64,000 nt of DNA from Bacteroidaceae bacterium (GTDB taxonomy: Bacteria > Bacteroidota > Bacteroidia > Bacteroidales > UBA932): the NCBI GenBank assembly GCA_963642565.1, contig CAVIGZ010000004.1, forward strand, positions 4,054-68,053, written 5' to 3'. The notes beneath the pieces were generated by a model. It was not told where the DNA came from and searched no databases. It saw nothing but the letters and a program-made list of their open reading frames with translations. The translations under genes were made by a program, and so were the position numbers. Positions 19,485 through 29,527 of this stretch are shown piece by piece; the stretch's first letter is position 1; every line of letters starts with the position of its first letter.

Positions 19485-22400
19485 ATGCACGAAAGAATCC
19501 AAAAAGTTGTGTCATGTCTTTGGGTAAAGACAATGACAGCGGCTGTTCTCATGCTTCTGGTTGTCGGGTCAGGCATTGCCTTCGCCCAGAAACCGGATCG
19601 GACAATCACCGGAAAGGTGTTGGACGAGAACAATCAGCCGATGCCTGGCGTGACCATCATAGTCGATGGTACGACCAAGGGTACAATGACCGGACCGGAC
19701 GGAACCTTCACGCTTGCCGGTGTGCCGTCAGGATCGACGGTTATTGTTTCTTGTATCGGTTACACCAATCAGGTTCTTCCTGAGGGTAAGTCGGACTATC
19801 AGATAAAGCTTGTGCCTGATTCCGAGATGCTTGAGGAAACCGTTGTTGTGGCCTTCGGACAGCAGAAGAAAGTCTCGGTGACGGGAGCTATCTCATCCGT
19901 CTCGTCCAAGGACCTTCGCAAAACCACGGCCACACGTCTTGACAACGCCCTTGCGGGCCGCGTGACTGGTCTTACCTCAATGCAGAGCGGCGGTGGTCAG
20001 CCAGGTGTCGACGGAGCGACGATGTACCTGCGAGGCGCCGCCACTCTCAACGGCAAGAGTCCTCTGATTCTTGTCGACGGTGTGGAACGCGACAACATCC
20101 GCACGATCGACATGAACGAGGTCGAGAGCATCTCGGTCCTCAAGGACGCCTCCGCCACGGCTCTATATGGAGTGCAGGGCGCGAACGGTGTGATCCTTAT
20201 TCAGACCAGAAGAGGACAGAAGGGAAAGGCCCAGCTGAATGTCTCGTTTGACCAGAGCTGGACTTCGTTCACCAAAGAACCGTCAAGGCTTCACTCTTGG
20301 GAGTATTGTGAGCTCAGAAACGAGGCTTTGGCAAACGATGGCATTGCGGCGGCGTACTCCGATGAAGTGATCGCCAAGTACAGGAATCCTCTTCTTGGTC
20401 TTGATCCGTCTTCTTCCGATTACGAGAATCAGGTGGCGACCCGCAGGGCGATCTACTGCGACAATGACTTCTACAGAATGTACCTGAAGAAAAACACTCC
20501 TCAGACAAGAGCCAATGTCAACATCTCCGGAGGTACTGATTTCGTCAACTACTTCGTCAATGTCGGCTACATCCATCAGGGAGGTAACCTGAACACAGAG
20601 GATCCTGACTATCTCGGCTATGATCCGCAGTGCTACATGGACAGGCTCAGCCTTCGTTCCAACCTTGACTTCCACATCACAAAGAACCTTACCGCTTCCT
20701 TGAACATCGCATCGTACGCCGAGACTGTCAACATGCCTTGCGCCGGAGCGTTGTACGGCGGAAGCCAGAGCTGGATGATAACAGACCTTATCTACCAGTC
20801 CCAGACAATCCTTCCGATCTCTCAGGGTCCTACCACCGACTCGAGATTCGGTGTGGACAGCGGAGCCATCATTGACTACAATTACCTGGACAGATCCGCA
20901 TTCGAGATCATAAACAGAAGGGGTTTCAGCCAGAACAAGAGAAAGAATCTCAACACCCAGTTCTCCCTCAATTGGGATCTCAGCGAGCTTGTGACCAAAG
21001 GCCTCAGCCTTAACGGCATCGTGGCCTATGACTCCTATAACCTTGGAACTTTCGAGGGCTACAAGCAGGAGGCGACCTATTATGCCAAGGTTGACTATGA
21101 ACACGACACATTGACTTACTCTCAGCACAACAGCAACACGACGGCTTTGTCAATGTCTTCCAACAGATCTTCCAACTATAACGTTTATGCCCAGGGTTCA
21201 GTCAATTATGCCAGGACTTTCGGAAAACATGACGTGACCGGAATGTTCTCCGCCTACAGAAAATACTGGGAGACCACATCCGCAGAGATTCCTTACAACG
21301 TTCTTGGTGTGGCCGGACGCGCGACATATTCCTATGATGACAGGTATCTTGCCGAAGCCAACTTCGGTTACAACGGTTCCGAGCAGTTCTCTCCGAACAA
21401 GCGTTTCGGTTTCTTCCCTTCAGGCTCCATCGGCTGGATCGCCAGCAACGAGACTTTCCTGAAGAACAACAATGCGATCACCTGGTTGAAACTCAGGGCT
21501 TCCTACGGACTTGCCGGTAACGACCAGGCTACAAGCAAGCGGTTCTTGTACCAGGACAACATCCAGGTCGGCGGCGGGACCAATGTTCAGGGACTTGGCG
21601 GGAAATCCATCAGCGAGGGTCTTCTTGGCAACAAGGACATCACCTGGGAAATCGGACGCAAGTTGAATGTCGGCGCCGAAATAGGCCTTTTCAAGGATTT
21701 CAGAATCAACCTTGACTACTACAATGAGTACCGTGACCAGATTCTTATCCAGCGTCAGACAGTTCCTTCTTTCCAGGGAATAAGCTCAAGCAGCATTCCT
21801 ATGGTCAACATGGGAAAAGTCAAGAGCCACGGATTTGAGGCCGAGGTCAGCTACAGCCATTCTTTCAACAGGGATTTCTCTTTCTCTGTCAAAGGCAACA
21901 TTGGTCTCAATGACAATGAGGTGATCGAAAATGACGAGCCGATGCGTTCCGAAGAGTACGCTTACCAGTACCAACAGGAAGGATTCCGCATCAACCAGGC
22001 CTGGGGTTATCTTATCGACTGGGATTCTCCGGGAAAGGGTTACTTCACTTCCCAGGAAGAGATTGACAATTACTATCCGTATGGATTCGGAATCCCGAGG
22101 GTAGGTGATTTCGTCTACAAGGACGTCAATGGCGACGGCGAGATTGACGAGAAGGACCTCTCTCCTATCGGTTACTCAACCACCGTTCCGGGTCTCAACT
22201 ACGGTGTCTCGCTTGGTCTGAATTTCAAGGGCTTTGATTTCAACGTCCTCTTCTCCGGTCTTGGAAGATACTCGAAGTACTACATGGGACAGGGAGTTGT
22301 CGAGTACACAAAGAGCGGTACTTTCTTTGATTGGACAAGAAACGGCTGGACCGAGGAGAGATGGGCCAACGGCGAGAAGATCACCTATCCGGCCATCTCC

Positions 22401-22667
22401 ACTGCTCAGACGACAAGCCACACGACCAATGACTTCTTCATCCAGAACAGGTCGTTCCTCAGGCTTAAGAACATTGAGTTGGGCTACACTCTTCCTGAAA
22501 GGTTCCTGTCAAAGGCCGGTGTCAAGTCCCTCAGAGTCTATGTCAGCGGGCAGAATCTCTTCGTCTGGGATAATCTGCGCATAACACACATCGATCCGGA
22601 GCAGGACAGTTCGTACGGTTATCCTATTACCAAGAATGTCAGCCTTGGTGTGAACATCAACTTTTAA
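19485..22667 (+). CDS. susC: SusC/RagA TonB-dependent transporter (1st)
   Basis: CarboxypepD-like N-domain, LEETVVVAFG, plug motif ESISVLKDASATALYGVQGANGVILI, YNGSEQF, ends in GVNINF. Confidence 0.95.
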   Translation: MHERIQKVVSCLWVKTMTAAVLMLLVVGSGIAFAQKPDRTITGKVLDENNQPMPGVTIIVDGTTKGTMTGPDGTFTLAGVPSGSTVIVSCIGYTNQVLPEGKSDYQIKLVPDSEMLEETVVVAFGQQKKVSVTGAISSVSSKDLRKTTATRLDNALAGRVTGLTSMQSGGGQPGVDGATMYLRGAATLNGKSPLILVDGVERDNIRTIDMNEVESISVLKDASATALYGVQGANGVILIQTRRGQKGKAQLNVSFDQSWTSFTKEPSRLHSWEYCELRNEALANDGIAAAYSDEVIAKYRNPLLGLDPSSSDYENQVATRRAIYCDNDFYRMYLKKNTPQTRANVNISGGTDFVNYFVNVGYIHQGGNLNTEDPDYLGYDPQCYMDRLSLRSNLDFHITKNLTASLNIASYAETVNMPCAGALYGGSQSWMITDLIYQSQTILPISQGPTTDSRFGVDSGAIIDYNYLDRSAFEIINRRGFSQNKRKNLNTQFSLNWDLSELVTKGLSLNGIVAYDSYNLGTFEGYKQEATYYAKVDYEHDTLTYSQHNSNTTALSMSSNRSSNYNVYAQGSVNYARTFGKHDVTGMFSAYRKYWETTSAEIPYNVLGVAGRATYSYDDRYLAEANFGYNGSEQFSPNKRFGFFPSGSIGWIASNETFLKNNNAITWLKLRASYGLAGNDQATSKRFLYQDNIQVGGGTNVQGLGGKSISEGLLGNKDITWEIGRKLNVGAEIGLFKDFRINLDYYNEYRDQILIQRQTVPSFQGISSSSIPMVNMGKVKSHGFEAEVSYSHSFNRDFSFSVKGNIGLNDNEVIENDEPMRSEEYAYQYQQEGFRINQAWGYLIDWDSPGKGYFTSQEEIDNYYPYGFGIPRVGDFVYKDVNGDGEIDEKDLSPIGYSTTVPGLNYGVSLGLNFKGFDFNVLFSGLGRYSKYYMGQGVVEYTKSGTFFDWTRNGWTEERWANGEKITYPAISTAQTTSHTTNDFFIQNRSFLRLKNIELGYTLPERFLSKAGVKSLRVYVSGQNLFVWDNLRITHIDPEQDSSYGYPITKNVSLGVNINF

Positions 22668-22679
22668 ATGATGTAGATT

Positions 22680-24608
22680 ATGAAAAATAGATTATCATAT
22701 ATTGCTTTAACATTCTTTGCCGTCTTTGCGGTCTCCTCTTGCTCTGATGTTTTGGACAGGGCGCCTGACGGCAAGATCTCCATTGAGGAAGTGTTCTCGG
22801 ACAACGACAAAACGATGTACTATCTGAACACTTGCTACTCAAGCATCAACGGAAAAGGTTGCCAGTACTTTTTTTGGAATAGGGGTCCTGTGAACTGGTG
22901 CGATGACGCCTGGGACGCGGATGATATAGATGTGGACTGGGCTGGATCACGCAAGTACTATGACGGGAACGCCACCGCTGCCAGTCATCCTGCCACCATC
23001 AACAACGGTGATTCCGGCAACGAGAGCGTGTCTTGGTCAAGGTCTTTCCAAAGGATCCGCAACTGCTCGCTCTTCCTTCAGAACATTCCTACAGCCAAGG
23101 TCAATTCGGAGAGCGACCGCTCAAGATGGACAGCCGAGGCTCATGTCCTCAGGGCTTACTACTATTCAGAACTTCTTATGTGGTTCGGATGCGCCCTTCC
23201 TATCATCAGGGAGCCGTTCACTCTCGACGCCGATTTTTCCACTGTGCAGCGCAGTTCTTTCTACGATGTGGTTCAGTTCATAATCGAGGATTGCGACGCA
23301 GCCCTTGCCTGTTCAGAGCTTCCTTGGAGAATCACCACGGACAACGAGGCGATGCGCATGACCAAGGCTGTTGCCTGGGCCATCAAGTCGAGGATGACTG
23401 TATTTGCGGCCAGTCCTCTGTACAACGACGGCAACAACTACTGGAACGAGGCCTACACAGTCAACAAGGCTGCCGTTCAGGCTCTCGAAAGCAACGGGTA
23501 TGCTCTTTACAGCAAGGTCAATCAGGCCGCTGTCTGGGGAAATGAGGATAAGGCTTTCCTTGAAGGCGCATCGCAGTACTTCAACGAGTATTTCTGCAAC
23601 TCCGGAGCCTATGCCGCGGATCCGGCTGACAAGGAGACAATCTACCAGCTCAAGGACGGTACGAACTGGGATCTCGCCAATGTCGACGCCCCTGGTGCCA
23701 TTCTCAACTACAAGGCCGGAACATGTCCGTCCCAGGAGCTTGTGGATGCGTTTGAGACTATTGACGGCCAGCCTGTCCTGAATCTTGCGAAGCCTTATAA
23801 TGACGAGCAGCATCTCCAGCCTAACTACAACACGGCGAACACAACTTACGACAAGAACAATCCTTACGCCAACAGAGACCCGAGATTCTATGCCACAGTC
23901 TATTACAATGGATCTAAAAGGTATTGCAACTGGTCTACGAAAGCCGAGGCCACATCTTTTGAAAATTCAGGTCAGGTAGCGGGAGAGCAGGTAAGAACCA
24001 TCACCACTTGGGATGCCTATGAGAAAAGCGACGGTTCGATTGATGAAACTCCGGAACCTTTGATGGGACGCTCTCTTATCGGACGAACATTGACCCGTAC
24101 AGGCTATTACCAAAGAAAGTTCCTGCATCCGAACAGCGGTGTCGAAATGCGAATCAACGGAGCCAGACACAAGGACTACCGCCTTGCCGAGATTTATCTG
24201 AATTTCGCCGAGGCGGCGATGGAGGCCGGACACGCTGACGAAGCCATCACTTACGTGAACAAGGTGCGCACCCGCGCCGGAATGCCGGGTCTGCCCGCCA
24301 GTCTTTCCGGAGACGCTCTGCGTCAGCGCATCCACAATGAGCGCAGGGTGGAGCTGGCTCTTGAGGGCAACCGCTATTTCGACGTGCGCAGATGGCACAA
24401 TCCGGACGAGGATCTTTCGGCCACTGACCGCTGGATCACCGGCATGAGCATCACACACATGCAGGATGGTTCCTACAAGTACGAGCGTACAATCCTGAAG
24501 GAGCGTCAGTGCTACACCAACAAATGGCTCAAGACGCCTATCCCGCTTTCAGAAGTCAACAACATGAGAGCCATAACGGGAGAGGATTGGCAGAACCCTG
24601 GTTGGTAA
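22680..24608 (+). CDS. susD: SusD/RagB surface glycan-binding lipoprotein (1st)
   Basis: Lipobox VSSC, LRAYYY, RDPRFYATV, RLAEIYLNFAEA, ERRVELALEGNRYFDVRRW, QNPGW. Confidence 0.95.
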   Translation: MKNRLSYIALTFFAVFAVSSCSDVLDRAPDGKISIEEVFSDNDKTMYYLNTCYSSINGKGCQYFFWNRGPVNWCDDAWDADDIDVDWAGSRKYYDGNATAASHPATINNGDSGNESVSWSRSFQRIRNCSLFLQNIPTAKVNSESDRSRWTAEAHVLRAYYYSELLMWFGCALPIIREPFTLDADFSTVQRSSFYDVVQFIIEDCDAALACSELPWRITTDNEAMRMTKAVAWAIKSRMTVFAASPLYNDGNNYWNEAYTVNKAAVQALESNGYALYSKVNQAAVWGNEDKAFLEGASQYFNEYFCNSGAYAADPADKETIYQLKDGTNWDLANVDAPGAILNYKAGTCPSQELVDAFETIDGQPVLNLAKPYNDEQHLQPNYNTANTTYDKNNPYANRDPRFYATVYYNGSKRYCNWSTKAEATSFENSGQVAGEQVRTITTWDAYEKSDGSIDETPEPLMGRSLIGRTLTRTGYYQRKFLHPNSGVEMRINGARHKDYRLAEIYLNFAEAAMEAGHADEAITYVNKVRTRAGMPGLPASLSGDALRQRIHNERRVELALEGNRYFDVRRWHNPDEDLSATDRWITGMSITHMQDGSYKYERTILKERQCYTNKWLKTPIPLSEVNNMRAITGEDWQNPGW

Positions 24609-24645
24609 TGGTTAAATCTTACAGAACAAATAATTAGCATCAAAC

Positions 24646-27600
24646 ATGATGAATAAGAATATATTTGCAGCAGCGGTGCTTCTCCTGTTCGGGACAACCT
24701 TGCAGGTGAAGGCGCAGGACATCACCGTCACGGGCACCGTAAAGGACGTTTACGGCAATCCGTTGCCCGGGGTGATTGTCTCGGCTAATCATAAGGACCT
24801 CTACATGACGGACAGGAACGGGCAGTACACAGCGAAGGTTGACAAGACCGGCGAGCTGGAGTTCACCCTTCTTGGATTCAAACCGACCTCGATAAAGGCT
24901 GCTTCCCAGCCGGACGTGGTCCTCGAGGATGATGCCCACGGCCTTGCCGAGAGGGTAAACATAGGCCTTGCCAACCAGAGCAGGGAAGTTCTTTCCGATG
25001 CGGTCTCGACAGCTTCGGGCAAGGAACTCGGAAGATCGTTGATGTCCCGCCTTCAGGGGTCGTTCTCCGGAATTTTCTCAGGACTTACCACTGTCGAATC
25101 ATCTTTTGAGCCGGCTTACGAGGATCTCAACCTGTACATCCGCGGCTATTCCACCTTTCATGGCGGAACTGCCGGCGTAGTCATCGACGGAATCCTGTAC
25201 GATTCCTTCGCACATGACATTCTCTACAGGATCTCTCCTGAGGAGATAGAGTCAGTTTCCGTTCTGAAGGACGGAGCATCGCAGGCTATCTATGGTGTTA
25301 AAGGTTCCGACGGCTTGCTCGTCATCAACACCAAGCGCGGCACTCCGGGCAAACTCAAGATCGGAGTGAACATCTCTGAGACAGTTCAGACTCCAACCTC
25401 GAAGATCCACAGTTTTGATTCCTACACTTTCGCGAACCTCAGGAATCAGGCGGCTGTGAACGACGGTCTCGGAGAGTACCGCTTCTTCTCGCAGGAGGCC
25501 TTGGAAGGCTTCAAGGCAGGCGGAAGCGACCTTTATCCTGACACGAACTGGTACGACATGCTTGTCCGCGATTTCTCCAATCAGCAGAGAATAGCCTTGG
25601 ACGCCACAGGCGGCAACGAGAACGTGAAGTTCTACTCCAATTTCAACGTTGCCCGTCAGGGAAGCTTCTGGAACACCGACCAGTCGGACTACAAGACTGA
25701 CAACGAGAAGTACAGGATCAACTTCCGCTCCAACGTGGATGTGAAGATCAACGAGTACATCAGCCTTTGGGCCAATCTGGCAGGATCCGTGGTGAAATCT
25801 CACTCGCCTTATGCCAATGTGGCCACAAACGGGAATCTGTACTCAATGATCACCTGCATGCCGTCGTTCATCTACGGCCCTGTCACACCTACCATCTACG
25901 ACGATGAAGGCAACGTGATTGAAGAGGGCGGGGAAGTGACGACTACCGCCACCATCAACGCCTCTCCTTACGGAATGCTGAACCGCAGCGGCTACAACAA
26001 CGAGACAAACACCAACATCTACGGTCAGGCCGGCCTTAAGGTGGATCTTTCCTTCCTGACCCCAGGACTTTGGGCAGGCGGCAGCGTGGGCTATCTCTCC
26101 TACATCAACTCTGTCATGTCAACCACCCAGAATTACGCGAGATTCATCCGTAATGATGATTGGAATGAATTGACATTCACCCAGTACGGCACAACAATCA
26201 ATGACGCTCTTGTCTATTCAAAAGGGACTGCGCTTTACGGCTACTTCTCTTACAAAGGCGAGGCCGGATGGCAGAGGGATTTCGGCAGACATCACCTGAA
26301 TGCGGACGCTTACATGAACTATCAGGTGTTCGATAACATGACAGGAAGCGCCGTGTATGATTTCAGGCGCGTCTATTCAGGTGCGGAGCTGATGTATGAC
26401 TTTGACAAGAGATACGCGGTGAAGCTCTCGACCGGATATTCAGGTTCCGACTATTTCCCGAGAAGCACGCGCTTCATCTGGACCCCTGGAGTCTCCGCGG
26501 CGTGGATCGCCTCCAACGAGGGCTTCGTGAAGGAGAACGCTCCTTGGCTGTCATTGCTGAAGATCCGTGGTTCCTACGCTGTCACAGGCAACGATGCCAC
26601 AGGTTTCGACAGGTACGCCTACAAAGATCAGGTGACCAGCACCGTGGGAGGACTTATTCCGTATCTTAACTATCATACCAATGAGACTGTGTACGGCAAC
26701 GCCAATCTTGAGCCGGAGAAAATCCACAAGACGAACGTTGGAATAGACCTCGGCATAGCCAACCAGTTCCAGGTTTCCTTCGATGTGTTCAAGGAAAAAC
26801 TGAACAACGGCGTGGTCAGCTCCACAGCCAAGGTTCCTACCTATCAGGGTATTCCTCTGGGATCATATCCAATCACCAACATCGGTGAGTTCGAGAACAA
26901 GGGATGGGAACTCTCGGTAAGTTACAGGAAGCGTTTCAGCTCCGATTTCGGGCTGTTTCTCGCAGGTCATCTTGACTACAGCAAGAATAAGGTCATCTAT
27001 GTCGGTGAGACGGCTTATGACGACACCTATGCCTATCGGTATCACACTCAAGGGTATCCTCTCGGACAGTCTTGGGGCTACCTTACCGACTACAGCAACG
27101 GCAGCGGACTGTACAATTTCCAGGATGAGATTGACGCCGGCCCTACTTACTCGTTCGGCACTCCGCGTCTTGGAGACATCAAGTACAAGGACCTGAACGG
27201 GGACGGTGTCATCGACGAGAAGGACCTTGCCCCTATCGGCGACGGCTCACTGCCGAAGTACAACTTCGCGTTCAACGTAGGCTTCAGCGTCAAGGACTTC
27301 GAGGTTAATCTCCTCTTCCAGGGACTCGGTGACTACAAGAGAAACTACAGCGAGTTGATTTCCTATCAGTCCGCCTATGAGGGAATCTTCACAGAAAGCC
27401 ACAAGACGGCATGGACGGCCGAGAAATGGCTCAATGACGAGGAGATCGGCTTCCCTGCGCTTTCAACCACCACCACCACTAACAGCCAGACGAATGACTA
27501 TCTCCTCAAGGATGCTTCGTTCCTTCGTCTGAAGACTGCAGAGATTTCCTACAACATGCCTAAGAAGGTCTGCGACTTCCTCAACGCAAGCGCGTTCAAG

Positions 27601-27729
27601 GTTTACGTGAGCGGTCAGAACCTCTTCACCATTGACGGAATGAAGACAAATGACACTCCGGTCGAGGGTTCCTGCTTCGCTTTCCCTGTGTACAGGATGT
27701 ACAGGCTTGGAATCAATCTTACCTTCTAA
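24646..27729 (+). CDS. susC: SusC/RagA TonB-dependent transporter (2nd)
   Basis: IESVSVLKDGASQAIYGVKGSDG plug, GDIKYKDLNGDGVID, ASFLRLK, ends in GINLTF. Confidence 0.93.
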   Translation: MMNKNIFAAAVLLLFGTTLQVKAQDITVTGTVKDVYGNPLPGVIVSANHKDLYMTDRNGQYTAKVDKTGELEFTLLGFKPTSIKAASQPDVVLEDDAHGLAERVNIGLANQSREVLSDAVSTASGKELGRSLMSRLQGSFSGIFSGLTTVESSFEPAYEDLNLYIRGYSTFHGGTAGVVIDGILYDSFAHDILYRISPEEIESVSVLKDGASQAIYGVKGSDGLLVINTKRGTPGKLKIGVNISETVQTPTSKIHSFDSYTFANLRNQAAVNDGLGEYRFFSQEALEGFKAGGSDLYPDTNWYDMLVRDFSNQQRIALDATGGNENVKFYSNFNVARQGSFWNTDQSDYKTDNEKYRINFRSNVDVKINEYISLWANLAGSVVKSHSPYANVATNGNLYSMITCMPSFIYGPVTPTIYDDEGNVIEEGGEVTTTATINASPYGMLNRSGYNNETNTNIYGQAGLKVDLSFLTPGLWAGGSVGYLSYINSVMSTTQNYARFIRNDDWNELTFTQYGTTINDALVYSKGTALYGYFSYKGEAGWQRDFGRHHLNADAYMNYQVFDNMTGSAVYDFRRVYSGAELMYDFDKRYAVKLSTGYSGSDYFPRSTRFIWTPGVSAAWIASNEGFVKENAPWLSLLKIRGSYAVTGNDATGFDRYAYKDQVTSTVGGLIPYLNYHTNETVYGNANLEPEKIHKTNVGIDLGIANQFQVSFDVFKEKLNNGVVSSTAKVPTYQGIPLGSYPITNIGEFENKGWELSVSYRKRFSSDFGLFLAGHLDYSKNKVIYVGETAYDDTYAYRYHTQGYPLGQSWGYLTDYSNGSGLYNFQDEIDAGPTYSFGTPRLGDIKYKDLNGDGVIDEKDLAPIGDGSLPKYNFAFNVGFSVKDFEVNLLFQGLGDYKRNYSELISYQSAYEGIFTESHKTAWTAEKWLNDEEIGFPALSTTTTTNSQTNDYLLKDASFLRLKTAEISYNMPKKVCDFLNASAFKVYVSGQNLFTIDGMKTNDTPVEGSCFAFPVYRMYRLGINLTF

Positions 27730-27748
27730 TGGATTCATAAAGTAAATC

Positions 27749-29488
27749 ATGAATATTATGAAAAAATTCCGCATACTAATTCTTGCGATGGCTGCCGCCG
27801 CGGTCCTCTCCGCATGTCAGGATGATTTGGATCTCCGTACCAACGGAACCATCGACATGTCCGAGGTGTTCAAGGACCGTAACAGAACCAAGGGCTACCT
27901 CAACGCCTGCTACGACTACAAGAAGAATCCGTACGTTCATGTCGGTTCCTACACGGATGACGCGCAGCATAGTCAGGCCATCACCGCCGGTAATTATTTT
28001 GACTTGTGGTACAACACCGGCGTCACATCCAGCAATTTCGACGCCAACAACTGGGACAGCAATTCCTGGAGCCACTACTTCCAGGGAGTCCGTAAGTGCA
28101 ATGTGTTCATCGCCAACATCGACAACGCCACAGCGGAGATGCAGGACTGGGAGAGGGCCGGATGGAAGGCGCAGGCTCTGACGATGAGGGCGTGGTACTA
28201 CCTTCAGCTCATGAAGAGGTACGGACAGCTTCCTCTGATCACTTCGGATCTTGGTACCGGCCATGACTATTCGTCCGACAAGAAGGCGACAGTCTCCGAG
28301 ATAGCGGCCCAGATTTTCGCTGACTGCGACGCCGCGATCGCCACCGAGGACTCGAACGCATATTCCTATGTTTACTCCACCCAGCAGTGGGGGATGGCTA
28401 CCAAGGCTCTTGCCCAGGCCACCAGATGCGAGACCGCGACTTATGTGATCAGTCCGCTCATGGGTGACGGAGGCTACACGGTGGACCAGGCTCTTGAAAT
28501 CGCCGCTGACGCTCTTGCCAAGGTTCTGGCCAACGACTACAGCCTTTGGACATCTGCCAGCGACGGCTACAACGCCTACGCTTCGTACTTCCTCTACAAT
28601 CCGGAGGATTACAGGGCATTGGACAAAGAGACCATTCTTGGAGGCTACCGCACCGCCGTCTGGTCTGATTGCGGTCTGCCGATCGTGAGCGGAAGTTCCA
28701 CTGCCGGCACATGTCCTACCCAGGAGCTTGTCGACGCCTACGAGATGTCGAACGGCAAGCCTGCGATCACAGGTTACTCCGACGAGCAGCACCTCAAGCC
28801 GATCATCAACGCGGAATCCGGCTACGATGAGACGAAGCCTTACGAGAACCGTGACCCTCGCTTCTACGCCACAGTTTTCTACAACGGCAGCAAGAGAGGC
28901 AATGATGAGATCTCCACGATAGCCGGTGCCAACTGCGGACTGAATTCCACCAACATCAGGTACACCCACACGGGTTACTACATGCGCAAGTATGCCCACG
29001 ACGCCTCCAACAGGAACTCCAACTCGGACGGCTACAAGCGTCTTGTACGTCTTGCGGAGCTTTACTACAACTTCGCCGAAGTGGCCTATCAGGCTGTCGG
29101 AGCGGATCAGATTGTCACCACCTCCGGTCTTAACATGTCGGCGCGCGACGCTGTCAACGCTGTCCGCGCGAGGGTGGAAATGCCAGAGATTCCGAGCGGA
29201 CTCTCTAAATCCGAGTTCGAGCAGAGGTACCGCAACGACCGCAGGGTCGAGTTCGCCCTGGAGCCGGACCGCTACTTCAGTCTGCGCCGCTGGAAGACTC
29301 TCGACGCTTCGGGAATTGTCTCCGGAATGAAGATTTCCGGTACGGGCAAGAACCTGACCTATGAGCGTTTCGCGTTCGACAAGCGCGTAAGTTGCACGGA
29401 CAAGTACCTCCTCTACCCATTGGAACTCTCTGAAGCCACCAAGATCCTGGAACTTACTGGAAATGACTGGCAGAACCCTGGATGGTAG
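27749..29488 (+). CDS. susD: SusD/RagB surface glycan-binding lipoprotein (2nd)
   Basis: Lipobox LSAC, RAWYY, RDPRFYATV, RLAELYYNFAE, DRRVEFALE…LRRW, QNPGW. Confidence 0.93.
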   Translation: MNIMKKFRILILAMAAAAVLSACQDDLDLRTNGTIDMSEVFKDRNRTKGYLNACYDYKKNPYVHVGSYTDDAQHSQAITAGNYFDLWYNTGVTSSNFDANNWDSNSWSHYFQGVRKCNVFIANIDNATAEMQDWERAGWKAQALTMRAWYYLQLMKRYGQLPLITSDLGTGHDYSSDKKATVSEIAAQIFADCDAAIATEDSNAYSYVYSTQQWGMATKALAQATRCETATYVISPLMGDGGYTVDQALEIAADALAKVLANDYSLWTSASDGYNAYASYFLYNPEDYRALDKETILGGYRTAVWSDCGLPIVSGSSTAGTCPTQELVDAYEMSNGKPAITGYSDEQHLKPIINAESGYDETKPYENRDPRFYATVFYNGSKRGNDEISTIAGANCGLNSTNIRYTHTGYYMRKYAHDASNRNSNSDGYKRLVRLAELYYNFAEVAYQAVGADQIVTTSGLNMSARDAVNAVRARVEMPEIPSGLSKSEFEQRYRNDRRVEFALEPDRYFSLRRWKTLDASGIVSGMKISGTGKNLTYERFAFDKRVSCTDKYLLYPLELSEATKILELTGNDWQNPGW

Positions 29489-29527
29489 TGTGGAACTCTT
29501 GATTTGAATTGATAAAAATTGATGAAT

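Noticed and set aside
27776..28999. 407-aa minus-strand ORF
   Set aside because: Antisense shadow of susD with no recognisable motifs, typical of GC-rich third codon positions.
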